From the human T2T-CHM13v2.0 reference genome, Homo sapiens, in the NCBI RefSeq assembly GCF_009914755.1, contig NC_060925.1: a stretch of DNA of 64,000 nucleotides; one strand, written 5' to 3'. Below, in pieces: positions 1-14,410 of the stretch (within the stretch, counting starts at the first letter, position 1; every line of letters starts with the position of its first letter). Under the pieces are notes generated by a model, which saw only the letters and a program-made list of their open reading frames with translations, was not told the origin of the DNA and did not search any database. The position numbers and the translations under genes are program-made.

Positions 1-27
1 GGTCTATGAATAGTTTAGTTACTTTTA

Positions 28-960
<933 letters not shown>

Positions 961-1056
961 TGGAAAAGACAGAAAATCCAGGGGGGAAGAAGAGGGCAAA
1001 GGAAAAAGTTTAAAACACTGACATTCCCAAAATTCAATACAATTTGCGGGGATATC

Positions 1057-1907
1057 CAGTAAGTCCTCACTTACTGTTGTCGGTAACTTCTTGGAAACTG
1101 TGACTTTAGGCAAAATGATGAATATTGGAACCAATTTTACCATAAGCTAATTGATATAAACAGGAGTTAAGTTGCTATTTCTGGCATATTTCTGGACACA
1201 AAAACATCACCAAATTTCTAAATAAAGGCCCCAAACACTTCTTATATTAAACATTGAAATAAATGTGAGCTATACATACGTATAAGAAAGATGAATAGAA
1301 ACAAGTAAAGTAATTATTTACTTAATTTTTGGTGAATCAGTGAGTTACAGCAGTCATAGCGGTCATGGGTTAAATCAAAGAATAAATGTTGCAAAGTGAA
1401 AGTTTTAATCAGGACGTCCTACCACTATGCAGCTCAAAAACAATCACAAATATGGCTCCATGAGGGCTTTTGTACCTCACTGTTTATTGTCGAGCATTTG
1501 TAGGATTATTGTATAGTTTACTAATTTTTATTTTAAAATAATTTGTATTCATTCATTCATTCATTCATTTATTTTCTAACTTGCATATTCCAATTCAGGG
1601 CATGGGTGGCCAGAGTCTATCCTGGCAGGATCCAACCCTGGACAGGATGCTATTCTATCACAGGGCACACTCACATACACACCCACGCCAGCCCATCCTG
1701 GAACAACTTCGACATACCAATTAACAGAACATGCACATCTTTGGGACGTGGGAGGAAACTGGAATATCTGGAGAAAATCCATGCAAACATGGAGAGAACA
1801 TGCAAATTCTGCATGGAGAGTGGTCTTGTGTGGGAATCCATTTGTTTTCTTATTACGGTTATTACAAAGTGACATTGAATTAAATGATGTTGTTCAAGGA
1901 CTTGCTG
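1057..1907 (-). mobile_element. MER6 non-autonomous TcMar-Tigger DNA transposon, near full length
   Basis: Inverted termini CAGTAAGTCCTCAC... and ...GGACTTGCTG followed by TA; interior matches recalled MER6 including the (ATTC)n tract. Confidence 0.88.
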
Positions 1908-3050
1908 TAAATGAATCTAAGAGGTGAGAAAAGTGATGGGTACAGGGATCAGGGATGAAAGGGGAAAGTCAATATCAACCAGCAAAGGGTCTTGATTGTG
2001 CTGATGATACTCTTCAGAGTATAACTAACTCAATTTTCTGCAACCAAATTTCAAAAAACTAAGAAAAATACAACAGTTTGAAATGAGGGATACAGAAAGC
2101 TCTAGAAGGATAGTTTTGTTTTTATATACAACATTAAATTCACATTGTTATGCTTACAAATACATGGAATGTTACTAATTTATTTTGAAAATCTATTACT
2201 GTTCAGGAAGTATTTTGAATAGAAAATCATCTCACGTACTGTAATAAAATACTTCATATTTGGGGCATTGGGCAGAAGGGACCTTGGATTATGAGTAAAA
2301 GGCAGGATGTTTTGTTTTGTTTTAGGAGAATTGATAGGTATTCTCACTGCATTTGTAGGTTGCTGCTAGGGGTGCAGGCGACCTGTGATGCAAACATTGG
2401 TTGTATATATGCATACAAGTGGGTTGCTCAAAAGATGCTAGGTACCTAAATGTGAAACCAAAAACATGTGAAACCAAAAACATTCCTAAGTAGCCACTAT
2501 TTTGTATCCTCAATGTTTTTGTCTTTGATGTAGAATGAGTTACTACTAAGCCAATAAAAGTAAATGAGAAATGAAATCATATTTTGGTCAATTATATCAT
2601 TCAGGAATAATAAACACTACTACAAAATAAAATTAAGATAATTTTTTACCCTCCATCTAGTTTTATAATTCGACAAATTCAGATTGCCTGAGAAATAATA
2701 AAATATTTTTAGCCATTGTGCTATTTTCATGATTTTATTAAAATGTAAATTCTCAGAGATCTGAGATATTCTGAATCTTTTATGCAGATTGCTTATGTTT
2801 TAAAATTTTCTCATCATCTTTTTTACAAGAATATATGCTTATAAAGAGATGGCACATTTATGCTGTAACAAAATGGAGTTATGGAATATATGGATAGCCC
2901 ATTTCACAGTTAACTACTTCAATTTTATTTTTTTCAAGGAAACTGTCTCAGTTGTCCATCAATTAATTGATTAATCCAACAAACATTTTTGATCACTTCA
3001 ACATATGTGGATATGTACTGAGCATTGGAAATTTTAAAAATACACACCAT

Positions 3051-3068
3051 ACACACACACACACACAC
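3051..3068. repeat. (CA)n microsatellite
   Basis: Direct reading. Confidence 0.9.
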
Positions 3069-3428
3069 AAATACACTATTCCCTGTTTGTGTAGAGCTTG
3101 CATTTAAGACGAGTTTTTAGACTTTAAATGAAAGAAAAAAAATTACCTTTCCATGACATTTTAACTGTTGATCCTCTGCAGTAAGCCAAATAAGCCTATT
3201 ACATCTTCCACATGTGAACTTTTTAAAAATCTCATGGGTCACCAGAATCTTCCTCATATGACTATTATGAATGCACCCTCAGATCACATTTCATTTCCTC
3301 CATGACCTTCTTAAAATGCAATACCCAGCATTGAATGTAGATATTGTCTGCCAAATACAGTGAAATTATTAAATGTGAGAAAACAGGTAGCATACTTTCT
3401 TCTAAAGTAGCCTGGTAGGTGAACAACA

Positions 3429-3685
3429 CAGTCAGTTCTTGTACCCATGGGTTCTGCATCTATGGATTTCATCAACCATTGATCAAAAGTATTTTTTAAA
3501 AAATGAGTGGTTGCATCAGTATTGAACATATACAGACTTCTTCCATTTGTCACGATTTTCTAAATAATACAACAGTATAGCGAACTATGTAGCATTTGCA
3601 ATGCATTAGATATTATAACTAATCTAGAGATGATTTAAAGTATATGGGAGAACGTGTGTAGGTTATATGCAAATATTATGCTATT
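3429..3685 (-). mobile_element. MER2 (Tigger-family) DNA transposon, interrupted by L1
   Basis: catgggttctgcatctatggatt...aatctagagatgatttaaagtatatgggag...ggttatatgcaaata is reverse-complement MER2; its 5' ~85 bp is missing at the L1 junction. Confidence 0.88.
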
Positions 3686-5995
3686 CTTTTTTTATGTTTT
3701 TTTCTTTTTCAACTTTTATATTAGAATCAGGGAATACATGTGCAAGTTTATTAAAAACGTGTATTACATGACACTGAGTTTTGGGGTATGACTGAACCCT
3801 TCACTAAGGTAATGGGCATAGTATCCAATGGGTAGTTTTTTAGCTCTTACTCCCTTCCCCTCTCCCCATTCTAGTAGTCCTCAGTGTCTGTTTTTCCCAT
3901 CTTTATGTCAGCATTTATTCAATGTCTAGCCCTGCTTATAAGTTAGAATATGCAGTATTTAGTTTTCTGTTTCTGCATTAGTTTGCTTAAAATAATGGCC
4001 TCCAGCTGCAACCATGTTGCAGCAAATGACATGATTTCATTTTTTATGGCTGCATAGTATTCCATGGTGTATATGTACACATTTTCTTTACCAAACTGCT
4101 GTTGATAGGCACCTGGGTTGATTCCATGTTTTTGCTATTGTAAATAGTGCTGCAAAGAACATACAGGTGAATGTGTCCTTTTATAGACTAATTTATTTTC
4201 CTTTGGGTATATACCCATTAATGAAATTGCTGCGTCAAATGATAGTTAAACTCTTAGGTCTTTGAGAAGTATTCAAACTACTCTCTGTAATGCATAGTGG
4301 CTGGGCTAATTTACATCTTCACCAACAGTGTCTGAGTGTCCTTTTTCTCTGTAACCTCACCAACATCAGTTATTTTTTGACTTTTCAACAAAAGCCTTTT
4401 GGACAGGTGTGATCTGGTGTCTCATTATGGTTTTGACTTGTATTTCTCCGATAATGAGTTGATTAGCACTTTTTCACATGTTTGTTGGCTGCTTGTATGT
4501 TGTCTTTTGAGAAATATCTGTTTATGTCCTTTGTCCAATTTTTAATGGGGTTATTCATCTTTTACTTGTTGATTTCTTTAAGTTTATTATATATTCTGGA
4601 TATTAGGCTTTTGTTGGATGCATAGATTGCAAGTATATTCTTTCATTCTGCAGGTTGTCTGTTTACTTCCTTACAGTTTCTCTTGCTGTGCAGGAGTGTT
4701 TTACTTTAATTAGGTTCCACTAATCAATTTTTGTTTTAGTTGCAATTGCTTTTGAGGACTTAGCCATAAATTATTAGCCATCGCTGATATCAAGAAGGGT
4801 ATTTCTTTTATTTCTGTTTTCTGATTGCTCTGGCTAGGACTTCCAGTACTATGTTGAATTGGAGTGGTGAGAGTGGACATCTTTGTCTTGTTCCATTTCT
4901 CAAAGAGAATGGTTCAGCTTTTGCCCATTCAGTCTGATGTTGGCTGTGGGTTCGTCATAGATGGCTCTTGTTATTTTGAGGTATGTTCCTTTGATGCCTA
5001 ATTTGTTGAGAGTTTTTAATCATGAAAAGATGTTGGAGTTTATCAAAAGCTTTTTTTGCATTTTTGAGATGATCATATGGTTTTTTATTTTAATTCCGTT
5101 TATGGAGTGAATCACATTTATTGATTTGCATATGTTAAACCGATCCTGCATCCCAGGGATAAAGCCTACTTGATTGTGATAAATTAACTTTTTGATGTGC
5201 TGCTGAACATGGTTTGCTAGTACTTTGTTGAGGATTTTTGTGTCTATGTTCACCAGTGATATTGGTGTGAAGTTTTCTTTTTTGTTGTTGTTGTGTGTCT
5301 GCCAGATTCTGGTATCAGAATGATGCTGGCTTCATAGAATAAGTTAGGGAGGAGTACATCCTCCTTGATTTTTTGCAGTAGTTTCAGTAGAATTAGTACC
5401 AGTTCTTTGTATGTCTGGTAGAATTCATTTGTGGATCTATCTGGTCCAAGCCTTTTTTTTTGTTCGTAGGTTTTTTTAAATTACTGATTCAATTTTGGAA
5501 CTTGTTATTGGTCTGTTCAAGTTTTCACTTTCTTCCTGGTTCAATCTTGGGTGGTTATGCATGTCCAGGAATTTATCCATTTCCTCTAGGTTTTCTAATT
5601 TGTGTGCTCAGAGGTGTTCGTAATAATCTCTGAGGATCCTTCGTATTTCTGTGGGATCAGCTGTAATGACATCTTTGTCATTTCTGATTGTGCTTATTTG
5701 GATCTTCTTTCTTGTTAATCTAGCTAGTGGTCTATCAATCTTGTTTCATCTATAAAAGAACAGACTTTTGGTTTCATTAATCTTTTGTATAAGTTTTTGC
5801 ATCTCAATTTCATTCAGTGCTCTGACTTTAGTTAATTTCTTTCTTTTGCTAGCTTTGGGGTTGGCTTATTCTTTTCTTTCTAGTTCCTCTAAGTACACTG
5901 TTAAATTGTTAATTTGAGATCTTTCTAACTTCTTGATGTAGGATTTTAGCACTGTAAACTTTCCTCCCAATACTGCTTTAGCTGCATTTCAAAGA
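3686..5995 (-). mobile_element. 5'-truncated old primate L1 (L1PA15/16-like) with an internal ~0.9 kb deletion
   Basis: T-rich tail at ~3686-3710, L1PA-type 3'UTR, ORF2 remnant (5020..5253: [14 protein letters not shown]...QVGFIPGMQ). Confidence 0.9.
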
Positions 5996-6029
5996 TCAGC
6001 AACAACAAGTGTTAGCAATAAAAGTTGTT

Positions 6030-6145
6030 GCTTCCTATCTGCTCTTCAGATCTGCCAAATGTCTCCCTTGTGGTCCACCCTAACATACAATTAAGGGAAT
6101 GCTGGAAAATGTAGTTCAGCACAGTCAAGTAGACACATTAAAGCC
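6030..6145. mobile_element. Old MaLR (MLT1-type) LTR terminal fragment
   Basis: gggaatgctggaaaatgtagttcagcacagtcaagtagacacattaa resembles an MLT1 end. Confidence 0.5.
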
Positions 6146-6162
6146 TAAATAGTAATGATATA

Positions 6163-6200
6163 CAGTTGTCCCTTGATATTCATTGGGGATCGGTTCCAGG
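6163..6200 (+). mobile_element. MER2 5' terminal fragment, opposite orientation to the MER2 at 3429-3685
   Basis: TA|CAGTTGTCCCTTGATATTCATTGGGGATCGGTTCCAGG matches the MER2 5' terminus and is preceded by TA. Confidence 0.75.
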
Positions 6201-6229
6201 CATATCTTCGTTATACCTTTCTGTAATTA

Positions 6230-6365
6230 TTTATTTACCTATCACTCCCAACAGCAGGACAGTAATATCTTTGATGAAGAAACAAAGCTTAATTCCATTT
6301 TGTATTTTCTATGGAATCACAACTCTTGGCACTAAATAGGCATTCAATAATTATTTACTGAATGT
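6230..6365 (+). mobile_element. L2 3' end fragment
   Basis: ggcactaaataggcattcaataattatttactgaatg is a typical L2 tail. Confidence 0.6.
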
Positions 6366-6416
6366 ACAAGCTTAATTTAGAAGGAAGAAAGGGAATTTAA
6401 GAGATGAATGAGATAG

Positions 6417-6962
6417 CATGATGGTTAATATTAGGTGCCAACGTGATTGGATTGTGGGATGCCTAGATGGCTGGTAAAGTATTGTTTCTCTGTGTGTCTG
6501 AGTGTGTTTCCAGAAGAGACTGACATTTCAGTCAGTGGACTGGGAGAGGAAGACTCACACTAAATGTGGGTGGGCACCATCTAATTGGCTGCCGGCCAGC
6601 TAGGACAAGGCAGGCAGCTCTCTTTTTTCTTTCCATGCTGGTTGCTTGCTTCTGCTCTTCCTGCCCTTGGACATCATACTCCAATTTCTTTGGTCTTTGG
6701 GCTCTGAAACTTGTACCAGCAGCTTCCCCAGGGCTCTCAGGCCTTCTGCCACAGACTGAAGGCTGTACTGTTGGATTCCCGGTTTTGGGGCTTTTGGACT
6801 TGGACTGAGCCACTACCAACTTCTCTCTTCTTCAGCTTGCAGAATGCCTATTGTGGGATTTCACTTTGTAATCATGTGAGCCAATTCTTCCTAATAAACT
6901 CCCTTTTATATATACATATATCCTATTGGTTCTGTTCCTCTGGAGAACCCTGACAAATTACA
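6417..6962 (+). mobile_element. MLT2 (ERVL) solo LTR, MLT2A2/MLT2B-like
   Basis: tgatggttaatattaggtg... start; ...tctggagaaccctgacaaattaca end; AATAAA near 6893; 5-bp TSD GATAG/GATGG. Confidence 0.88.
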
Positions 6963-7210
6963 GATGGGAAAATGTGTGTTAGGCAGTGGAAGCAAGGAAG
7001 GAGCAGGAAAAATTGGGCCAAATTAGAGACAAACTCAGTACTATTAAATTTCCTTTAAGAAATTCATATTACAGATGTATATAAGTAGGCAACTAAACCA
7101 ATCATATTGGACCTTCAGAAGTTTCAATAAAATGCCATAGAAACATGATAGTGGGAACCTCTCACCCTTGAAATAAATACTTATTTTAAAAGGCCTAAAA
7201 TGCTGTTGTT

Positions 7211-7509
7211 GGCCAGTTGTGGGGGCTTATACCTGTAATCCCAGCAATTTGGGAGGGTGAGGCGGGATCGCTTGAGTCCAGGAGTTTGAGACCAACCTGG
7301 GCAACATGGCAAACCTCTGTCTCTACAAAAAATAGAAAAAAATAGGCAGGCATGGTGGCGTGTGCCTGTAGTGCCAGCTACTTAGGAGGCTGAGGCAGGA
7401 GGATCATTCGAGCCCCGGAGGTCGAGGCTGCAATGAGTTGTGATCACACCACTGTACTCCAGCGTGGGCAACAGAGTAAGACCTTGTCTCAAAAAAGCAA
7501 AAACAAAAA
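7211..7509 (+). mobile_element. AluJ SINE
   Basis: AluJ-type diagnostics (ggatcgcttgagtccaggagtttgag; gaggctgcaatgagttgtgatcacaccactg) and A-rich tail. Confidence 0.92.
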
Positions 7510-9825
7510 CATGGAGTTATCTTCTTTGGTATTATATCTGGTTTTGAACAGTTTGGTACAACTTTTATATGAGCTGATAAGTCATATTTTTCATTCAAAA
7601 AATTATTCAAATATTTACTTTTGTTCTATTAAGTAAATATTTTTAATACTGATTTATTTATTTTCATTATTTCTCTCTTTTATCTAGTATTAATTTTTTT
7701 GTCATATAATATGCCTGGAGGGAGGGAGAAAAACGGGGGAAAGAAGATGGAGGGAAAAAGGGATGAAGGGAAGGAAGGAGGGAAAAATTTTACATTTTCT
7801 TCCCAAAGATTCTGATTAAGTAGATCTGAATTAGACTGTACTTACAACTGTGCTTGTAAGACATTTCAAAAATTGATTTTGATGGGCAACAGGTTGGAGA
7901 ACTGTCAACTAGAGGACATGGTAATGAATTGATGGTCAAATGAACATGCCCAAAACTATAAAAAATACTATCTGTGAGTCTGGTATAAGCCACTAATCTA
8001 CTATTTGAATATTAGTGACACCTACAGTTGGGATTGCACCAACAAACATCTGTCCTGGTCTGGATCACATTTTACTGCTGTCCTCTGTTTCACCTGTAAA
8101 TCAAATACCAGTAAATATTCTGACTTGATGGGTGTTCAGCAAACCGCTGTTTTTGAAAAGATGTTGATGTTATAATTTTATAGTTTCTTAATGTCTTTGT
8201 CTGCAATTAAAACAATGTGGAGTCACCAAGAGTTTATCAATTTATCAATTATTTTGCTGTTGATCCATTTATTTTCTGTGTTAATCAGATCATAAGCTTA
8301 TAAATACAATAGTATACATGAGAGAAATGTATCAACAAGGGTTGCTCTTAAAAAAAAAGAATATTGTGAAAACTGGGTAGGTATGGGGTAGTAATGAGGA
8401 GAAGGATCTCTTCAAAGGCAATAGAGGTGGCTCAAAATTGGAAGTTAATTTCCATATTCTCACACCCTCGCCTCTGTTCCAACACCAAGATAAAATGCTG
8501 CTGGCTGCTTATCTTCACAGATACTGTCAGCTTTTAGAGTTGTGCTATTTGTCACTATTTCTCACATCAAGAATAACCTGGACTATTGCTCTGAATTATT
8601 CCATAACAAAATGTAGAAGATAGGAAAAGTCTAAGAAAAACAACTATACAAAATCTGAAGTCACAAAAATTTTCAAAGTCAATACTGACTTGAATACAAT
8701 GTAGAAGTGTTTAAGAAGAACATTATGTACTCTGAGTCTTGATTTTTAAGCCAAATTATTACAGTTGGTTATAATGTTAAAATTATACCTAGCTCCAGTG
8801 GTTACATTTTGAGATGCCTTTATTTTCAGTGGTTTAACATTATTTTCTAGTAAAATATCTTTAAAAATCAACCAATATGAGTGCTTCACTAATATGTAGT
8901 TTTCAAACTATTGTGTATTTTTGCTTTGCCTTGTTTGGGCACATAGTTTGATTTAAGAAAGGAGTTGAATTAAGCTCAGGTTTTGATCTTAGCCTGAGAA
9001 GGTTAGAGTTCAGATGGAACAGCCACTGTTATTTGAAAGGATTATGTTGCAATTTTAGTACCACTACAGGATTCATATGCAGAAAAGTTCTGATAATTTT
9101 GAAGTAGTATACATAGTTTCATATTTTAAAGAGTGATACACACTGAATTGTGTTATTTTGTGAGGAATCTGGACTTTTAGTCAAATATTTCTAATATTTC
9201 TAATTTCATTTTTTGTGTATACATATTTATTAAATTGAAAATTTTGTCATATACATGAATTTGAAATTATATATATATGAACATATACATACATATGTAT
9301 GTGCATTTGTGTATGACTTGAAATGAATTTGTGTATTTTAGGGCAATCTCATGTGCTTTCCATGCCATGAGGGCATTACTGTTCTGTTCTTTGAAATTTT
9401 CTGAATATTCTTTTCTGCAGACAAAATGGGATTGAGGAAAATACTCTAGACAAAGTACAATAAAGCATTTTAGAGACTAATTATAATTTAGTCCAGTAAA
9501 AGGTAGAAAATAGATAACTACAAATAATCCTAAAACCTGATGTGCAATAGTATGCGATTATCTTAATATAATGTTGATGAAATTCCCCATTAGATGGGAA
9601 TATAGGGAAAATACAATTTTATATTCCAAATACATTTATATACAATGCAGAATGTAGCAGTATAGCTATTTGATGGATATATGTAATATAGAAAGTTAAA
9701 TATTATAATTTTGATAACATAGTTTTGCATTTACTTCCCTTAAATTTAGTAGTAGATATATAAAGTGCAGAGCCTACCTAATAGGGAATAATCAGTAATT
9801 GCATATATGACACACACATGCTTGA

Positions 9826-9858
9826 GTGCACACACAGACACACACACACACACACACA
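9826..9858. repeat. (CA)n microsatellite
   Basis: Direct reading. Confidence 0.9.
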
Positions 9859-11329
9859 CCTCCACAGTGTAAGAACCAGGCTGTATTTGCAACCTTGGGA
9901 AATTTAAACTTCAGAGAAAAATGTGGCTGTTTCTGTCAAATAAACAATAATTGTGAGTGCAGAGAGGTTAATCCAGTCAGGTACCAATGCTCGTGAAATG
10001 GTGTAGAAAGTGAATAGAATAGTGTAAATTATGGAATAAAGCAAATTCCACTAAAGAGCTTATTTAGTAACAGATTATCAAGAGTCCATCTTCTTTTCTG
10101 CCTTTCTCTTTCTCTTCCTTTATATATAAAAGATGTTGCCTATCTTCCCATCTATAAAGTTGAGTTGTTTAGAGAAGTGAAACTGAAAGGCAGAAGTCTA
10201 GAATTTCCCCAAGGAGTAATAGCTCATTTCAAACTACGCCACTTCAAAGATAAATGACTGTTGAAATAGGAAACATAAGTAGTGTAAGGCCATCAATGGG
10301 TAAAATCAGTTATTTGAAATTACTCTAGAAGTTGCAAAACTTTAGCTTCTAAGATGAGATAAGGGTTAATTAAGAATTTTTTTTGCTATTTATTTATGGA
10401 GCTATTTCTGGTAATATTTTAAAGTAAAAATGTTTAACTTTTAATATCACATTTTTTACAGTTTCTAAAGTTTTATGAATTCTATAGTTTTATTGTTTCT
10501 AAAATTTTATTGTCTTGTTAAATAAAGACCCACTTTTTTCCTTTTTTCCTATTAAGAATTAAACATTAAACATTCTTTAAAGAATGTTTTATTTACTAAA
10601 AATAAAGATTCTGTAAAAAACTTATAGATGGCATATATAGTAATCATAAGCAAAAGATAAATTTTAGTTCTGCCAACCTGAGAGAAATTTAAATTAGCCT
10701 TTCAAAATGCATTCATTTTCAGTTTTAGAGAAAAAGTTGAATAAGTAAATGGATGTATGTATGCATATGTTTGTGTATGTGTGCCAGTGTGTATACCCAA
10801 AGTGTCTGTGTGTTTTAGTGCTCACTCTCAAATATATGACATGAATCATTCAGCGACATATTTAACTCTATACATGAGTAACTTTAATATCTTTCTTTGA
10901 AATCTTTTGAATCGTATCTAATAAATATAGAAATTCAATGCATGTTTATTATATATGCATTATAATATTTTAAATATTAATGTTCCAAATAATCTATATT
11001 AATAAATGCTGGATGAAATAATGCATCTCTTGGGAATCAACACATGTGAACTATTAGTCATCATCTGTCACTTTCAAATAACGTTTTTCCATTCTCTAAA
11101 TCAGTGGCTTCCAAAGTGATTTGTATGTATTTCAGGGGATGTTCTAGAATGTTGTTTAGAGTGCAAGAAAAAAAATAGAATTTGCATTTGGATGTATTTT
11201 TGTCTAAAAAATACAAAGTAAGTCTTTAGTAGTTAATTTAATATTTAATATGTTCACATTTTCATCTTTATTACTTGAATCCATAAATAATGATTCTTAA
11301 ATCATTATTATTATTATTATTATTATTAT

Positions 11330-11770
11330 TAGGCACATTGCTACCTGGAATAAGGACTAAATTTATCTTCTTTCCTTGCAGCTAGGTGATGATATTCTGA
11401 TCTATGAGATGCAAGAAGATGTGATGTGTGGGACATCCATGAAAACTGATTAATGAGACCTGACACAAATTAGAGATCAAGCCCACTACGACCACCACCA
11501 TTTTTCTCTTCTATCCTATTTTTTTGTGACCTCTAGCATGACCATGATGCCAAGATCTCTAGCAGCCACATAGTGACCTGAGGTAAATCTGAGTATGAAA
11601 ATCATGTGCCAGGATGGTGTAGAAAGAGGGTTTTGGATCCTATTGACAATGGAAAGTTGGTCTTCCTACCTCTGAACCTCTTTATGTAAGAGAAGTAACC
11701 TGAGTTTTAAAAGCCATTATTATTTCCATTTTCTCTGCTGATGCAGACAAACACAAGTCCTAATTTTATA
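11330..11770 (+). mobile_element. Old MaLR LTR (MLT1J/K-like), preceded by (ATT)n
   Basis: tccttgcagctagg...gatctatgagatgcaag...gcagccacat...ctacctctgaacctcttt...aagccatta...cctaat motifs. Confidence 0.6.
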
Positions 11771-12699
11771 GAGACCTAATACGTTCTGGACCTCAGAAAG
11801 AGATTCCTGGAGGAAATGTTGTTTTCAACCACTAACTCTGCTAATTTCAGGCCAAGTGAGGCATTATATAGACAGTCTGACCACTGCCACAGTTGCATAC
11901 GTTCTAAATTTGAAATAAATCCCTTACTCTGTATCACTTATAGTGGATCTGCTTCTCTGATAAAACCCTCACTAAGACAATTATCATCCACTGTTTGTTT
12001 TTCCTGTGGTAAGTATATCATTGCTGTATAAAAATAACCTTTTAATTATTAACTCAGTTGGCCCAGTTTAGCATCTTTTCCATCTTCCATTCTCAATTTG
12101 ATAATTACCATCTTTCATAATAATTATCCTTCAGGTTTCACAATACATGTATGTTGAATGTTAAGGCTATTCTTCATTGATATTTACACTTTGACTCCAT
12201 GGTGAGAGAAGCTGCAGTATCTGAGAAATAAATAATTTGTATGTGGGAGGTGTGATTTTACAGCTAGATTATAGCTCAGTTTCTAGTTCTTTCTTTTAGA
12301 GAGATTTCTCTTGGTCATCTTTATAGAGGTATGAAGATATTTAGTTTTACTGTTATTATATTAACATTTTAAAAAGCAGCTTTCTACAAGGTATGGCATC
12401 AGGTGGAATTATTCTTGCTGTGCTCTCAAATAATCTCCATGCTAAGTTTTTGGGCCTCACTGCAGCCCCTGAACACGTATGTCTCTCTGTACCTCCTCTG
12501 TATGATGTAGTGAATTTTTTGGACCTTTGAATCACACACAGGCTTTCTTGGCTGTTTTATACCAAAGGACTTTCACTAAATTCCTAAGAAAAATTTAGCA
12601 CAGCCGATGCTGTTTTCCAATGCCAACCTTGGAGTTTGCAATTTGCCCAGACAAAAATACCATAGCTGATGGTGATGATGATGTCAATATTTTTTTAAA

Positions 12700-13140
12700 A
12701 TACAATTTAAAAAATGGTTCAACATAAATTATCTCATTTAGTCCCCTGAACAACCTTGTGATGTGATTTTGAACAGGAATATCAAGACCTCAGGATCTGG
12801 CATCAAATTCTGGGGTTTGAATATTATTTCTATCACAAACTATTTATATTACTGCTTATATGTAAGTGACAACCTTTCTATTCCTTATTTTTTCCACTTG
12901 TAAAATCAGAAAAATGACAATGATGAGAGCACCAAACTTATGAGCTTGCGAAGATTAAATGTGTGTATGGGTTTTTATCAGTTTGAGAGACATTATATTT
13001 CCATTTGTTGTCATTCTGTCCCTTCCATCAGGGTAGGACCTTTCTTCAGTGCATTACTTTGTCCCCTGAACCTAGAATGGTACCTGGAATATCATTGGTG
13101 CCCAATAAGTACTTGCTGAATAAATGACTGAATAAATAAA
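12700..13140. mobile_element. MIR fragments followed by an L2 3' fragment
   Basis: ccttattttttccacttgtaaaat...gaagattaaatg (MIR core); cctagaatggtacctgg...caataagtacttgctgaataaatga (L2 tail). Confidence 0.6.
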
Positions 13141-14020
13141 TGTAATCTGTCAATATTTTCATCTGAAGATATGATATCTGTTTTTTACCTTATTTTTTCA
13201 ATCATCCGAAAGGTAGTATGCACATTTGAAAGGTAGTCATTGTTATTTTCTTACACCAGTACTTGCACTTTTACAATATGTAGCAATAATCATAAGCAAA
13301 GTATCATGACAGAGTGAGAATAAACTTAAATCTGTAATTGCAATTTTTCTTCACCGTGGCCTCCATTGTTTGTCATGTGTCTTGGCTACGTCAGGATGGA
13401 AAGCATTGCTTTTTTCTATTTACAGGACCAGAATTAAATCCATGTTTCTTGGCTGACCATTTGGTTAGTTTTTGTTTGTTCATTTGTTTTTTCATGAAAT
13501 GTTCATGGTGGTTGGGCTGGAATAGGTATAGCATTTTATTTATTTATACTCAGCTGAAACTAAGAGAAATATTTCAGACCAAGAAGTGGGGACAAGAGCA
13601 ATACTTGTGTAATAATACGATGTACCATTTTACATTATTTGGAAGTGCTGATGCCTGCATCTATAGCATCAGTCAAGAAAGAGAGGTAATGAAAGAGATT
13701 TCAAATGAATATCAGATAGGCTTTAGTATTACATAGGATAAGACAGACAGGATTGGTCAGGGTATGCTGGAAAAGATTTTTTATCTTATTTTATTGGCTT
13801 TATTTAAATTTTTTTTTTTTTCCCAGCTGGAAATCTATTTATTTATTTTTCTTCAGTGTTACAATGAAACAACATTGCTTTATTTAAATTTTATAAAAAT
13901 TCAAACCATACAGTACTTTATAATAAAATTGACTGCCTTTGGCTACTCTATCTCTATTTCCAGTGCAACTGTGGAAGTGGCACTGACAGATATGGTTTTA
14001 GCTACTTAGAAATTTTTCTA

Positions 14021-14021
<1 letters not shown>

Positions 14022-14053
<32 letters not shown>
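14022..14053. repeat. (CA)16 microsatellite
   Basis: Direct reading. Confidence 0.92.
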
Positions 14054-14056
<3 letters not shown>

Positions 14057-14229
14057 TTATATGCAAAATGCTCATATGCATGTCATATTTTTTCTTTATT
14101 CAGCAAGTTATAGTGGATATTCTTTTATAGCATACGTAGCAATGGACTTCTCTTTTTAAAGACTGCCTAGAATTCTGTAGTTATAATACAGTCATTCATG
14201 TAACTAATTCTCTAAAAACAAGCCAGATG

Positions 14230-14410
14230 ATATTTACTAAGAACTTACTATGGGTCAGGCACAGCTCTAATAGTCTAATCTCATCTAATCTCAATACGTT
14301 CATGAGTTAGGAATGGTTGTTATTCCCATATGTTCCCAATGAGGAAACTGAAGCAGAGAGTTTAAATAATGTGCCCTAATTTACAGAATTATTAAACTGG
14401 TACTGGAATT
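14230..14410 (-). mobile_element. MIR SINE
   Basis: atgaggaaactgaagcagagagtttaaataatgtgccc core. Confidence 0.7.

Noticed and set aside
8020-8160. Possible conserved non-coding or ancient repeat element
   Set aside because: Looks non-random but I cannot assign it; needs conservation tracks or a Dfam search.
13338-14009. Hydrophobic ORFs (132 and 81 aa)
   Set aside because: F/L/I richness follows from T-rich sequence; no homology or splice structure recognised.
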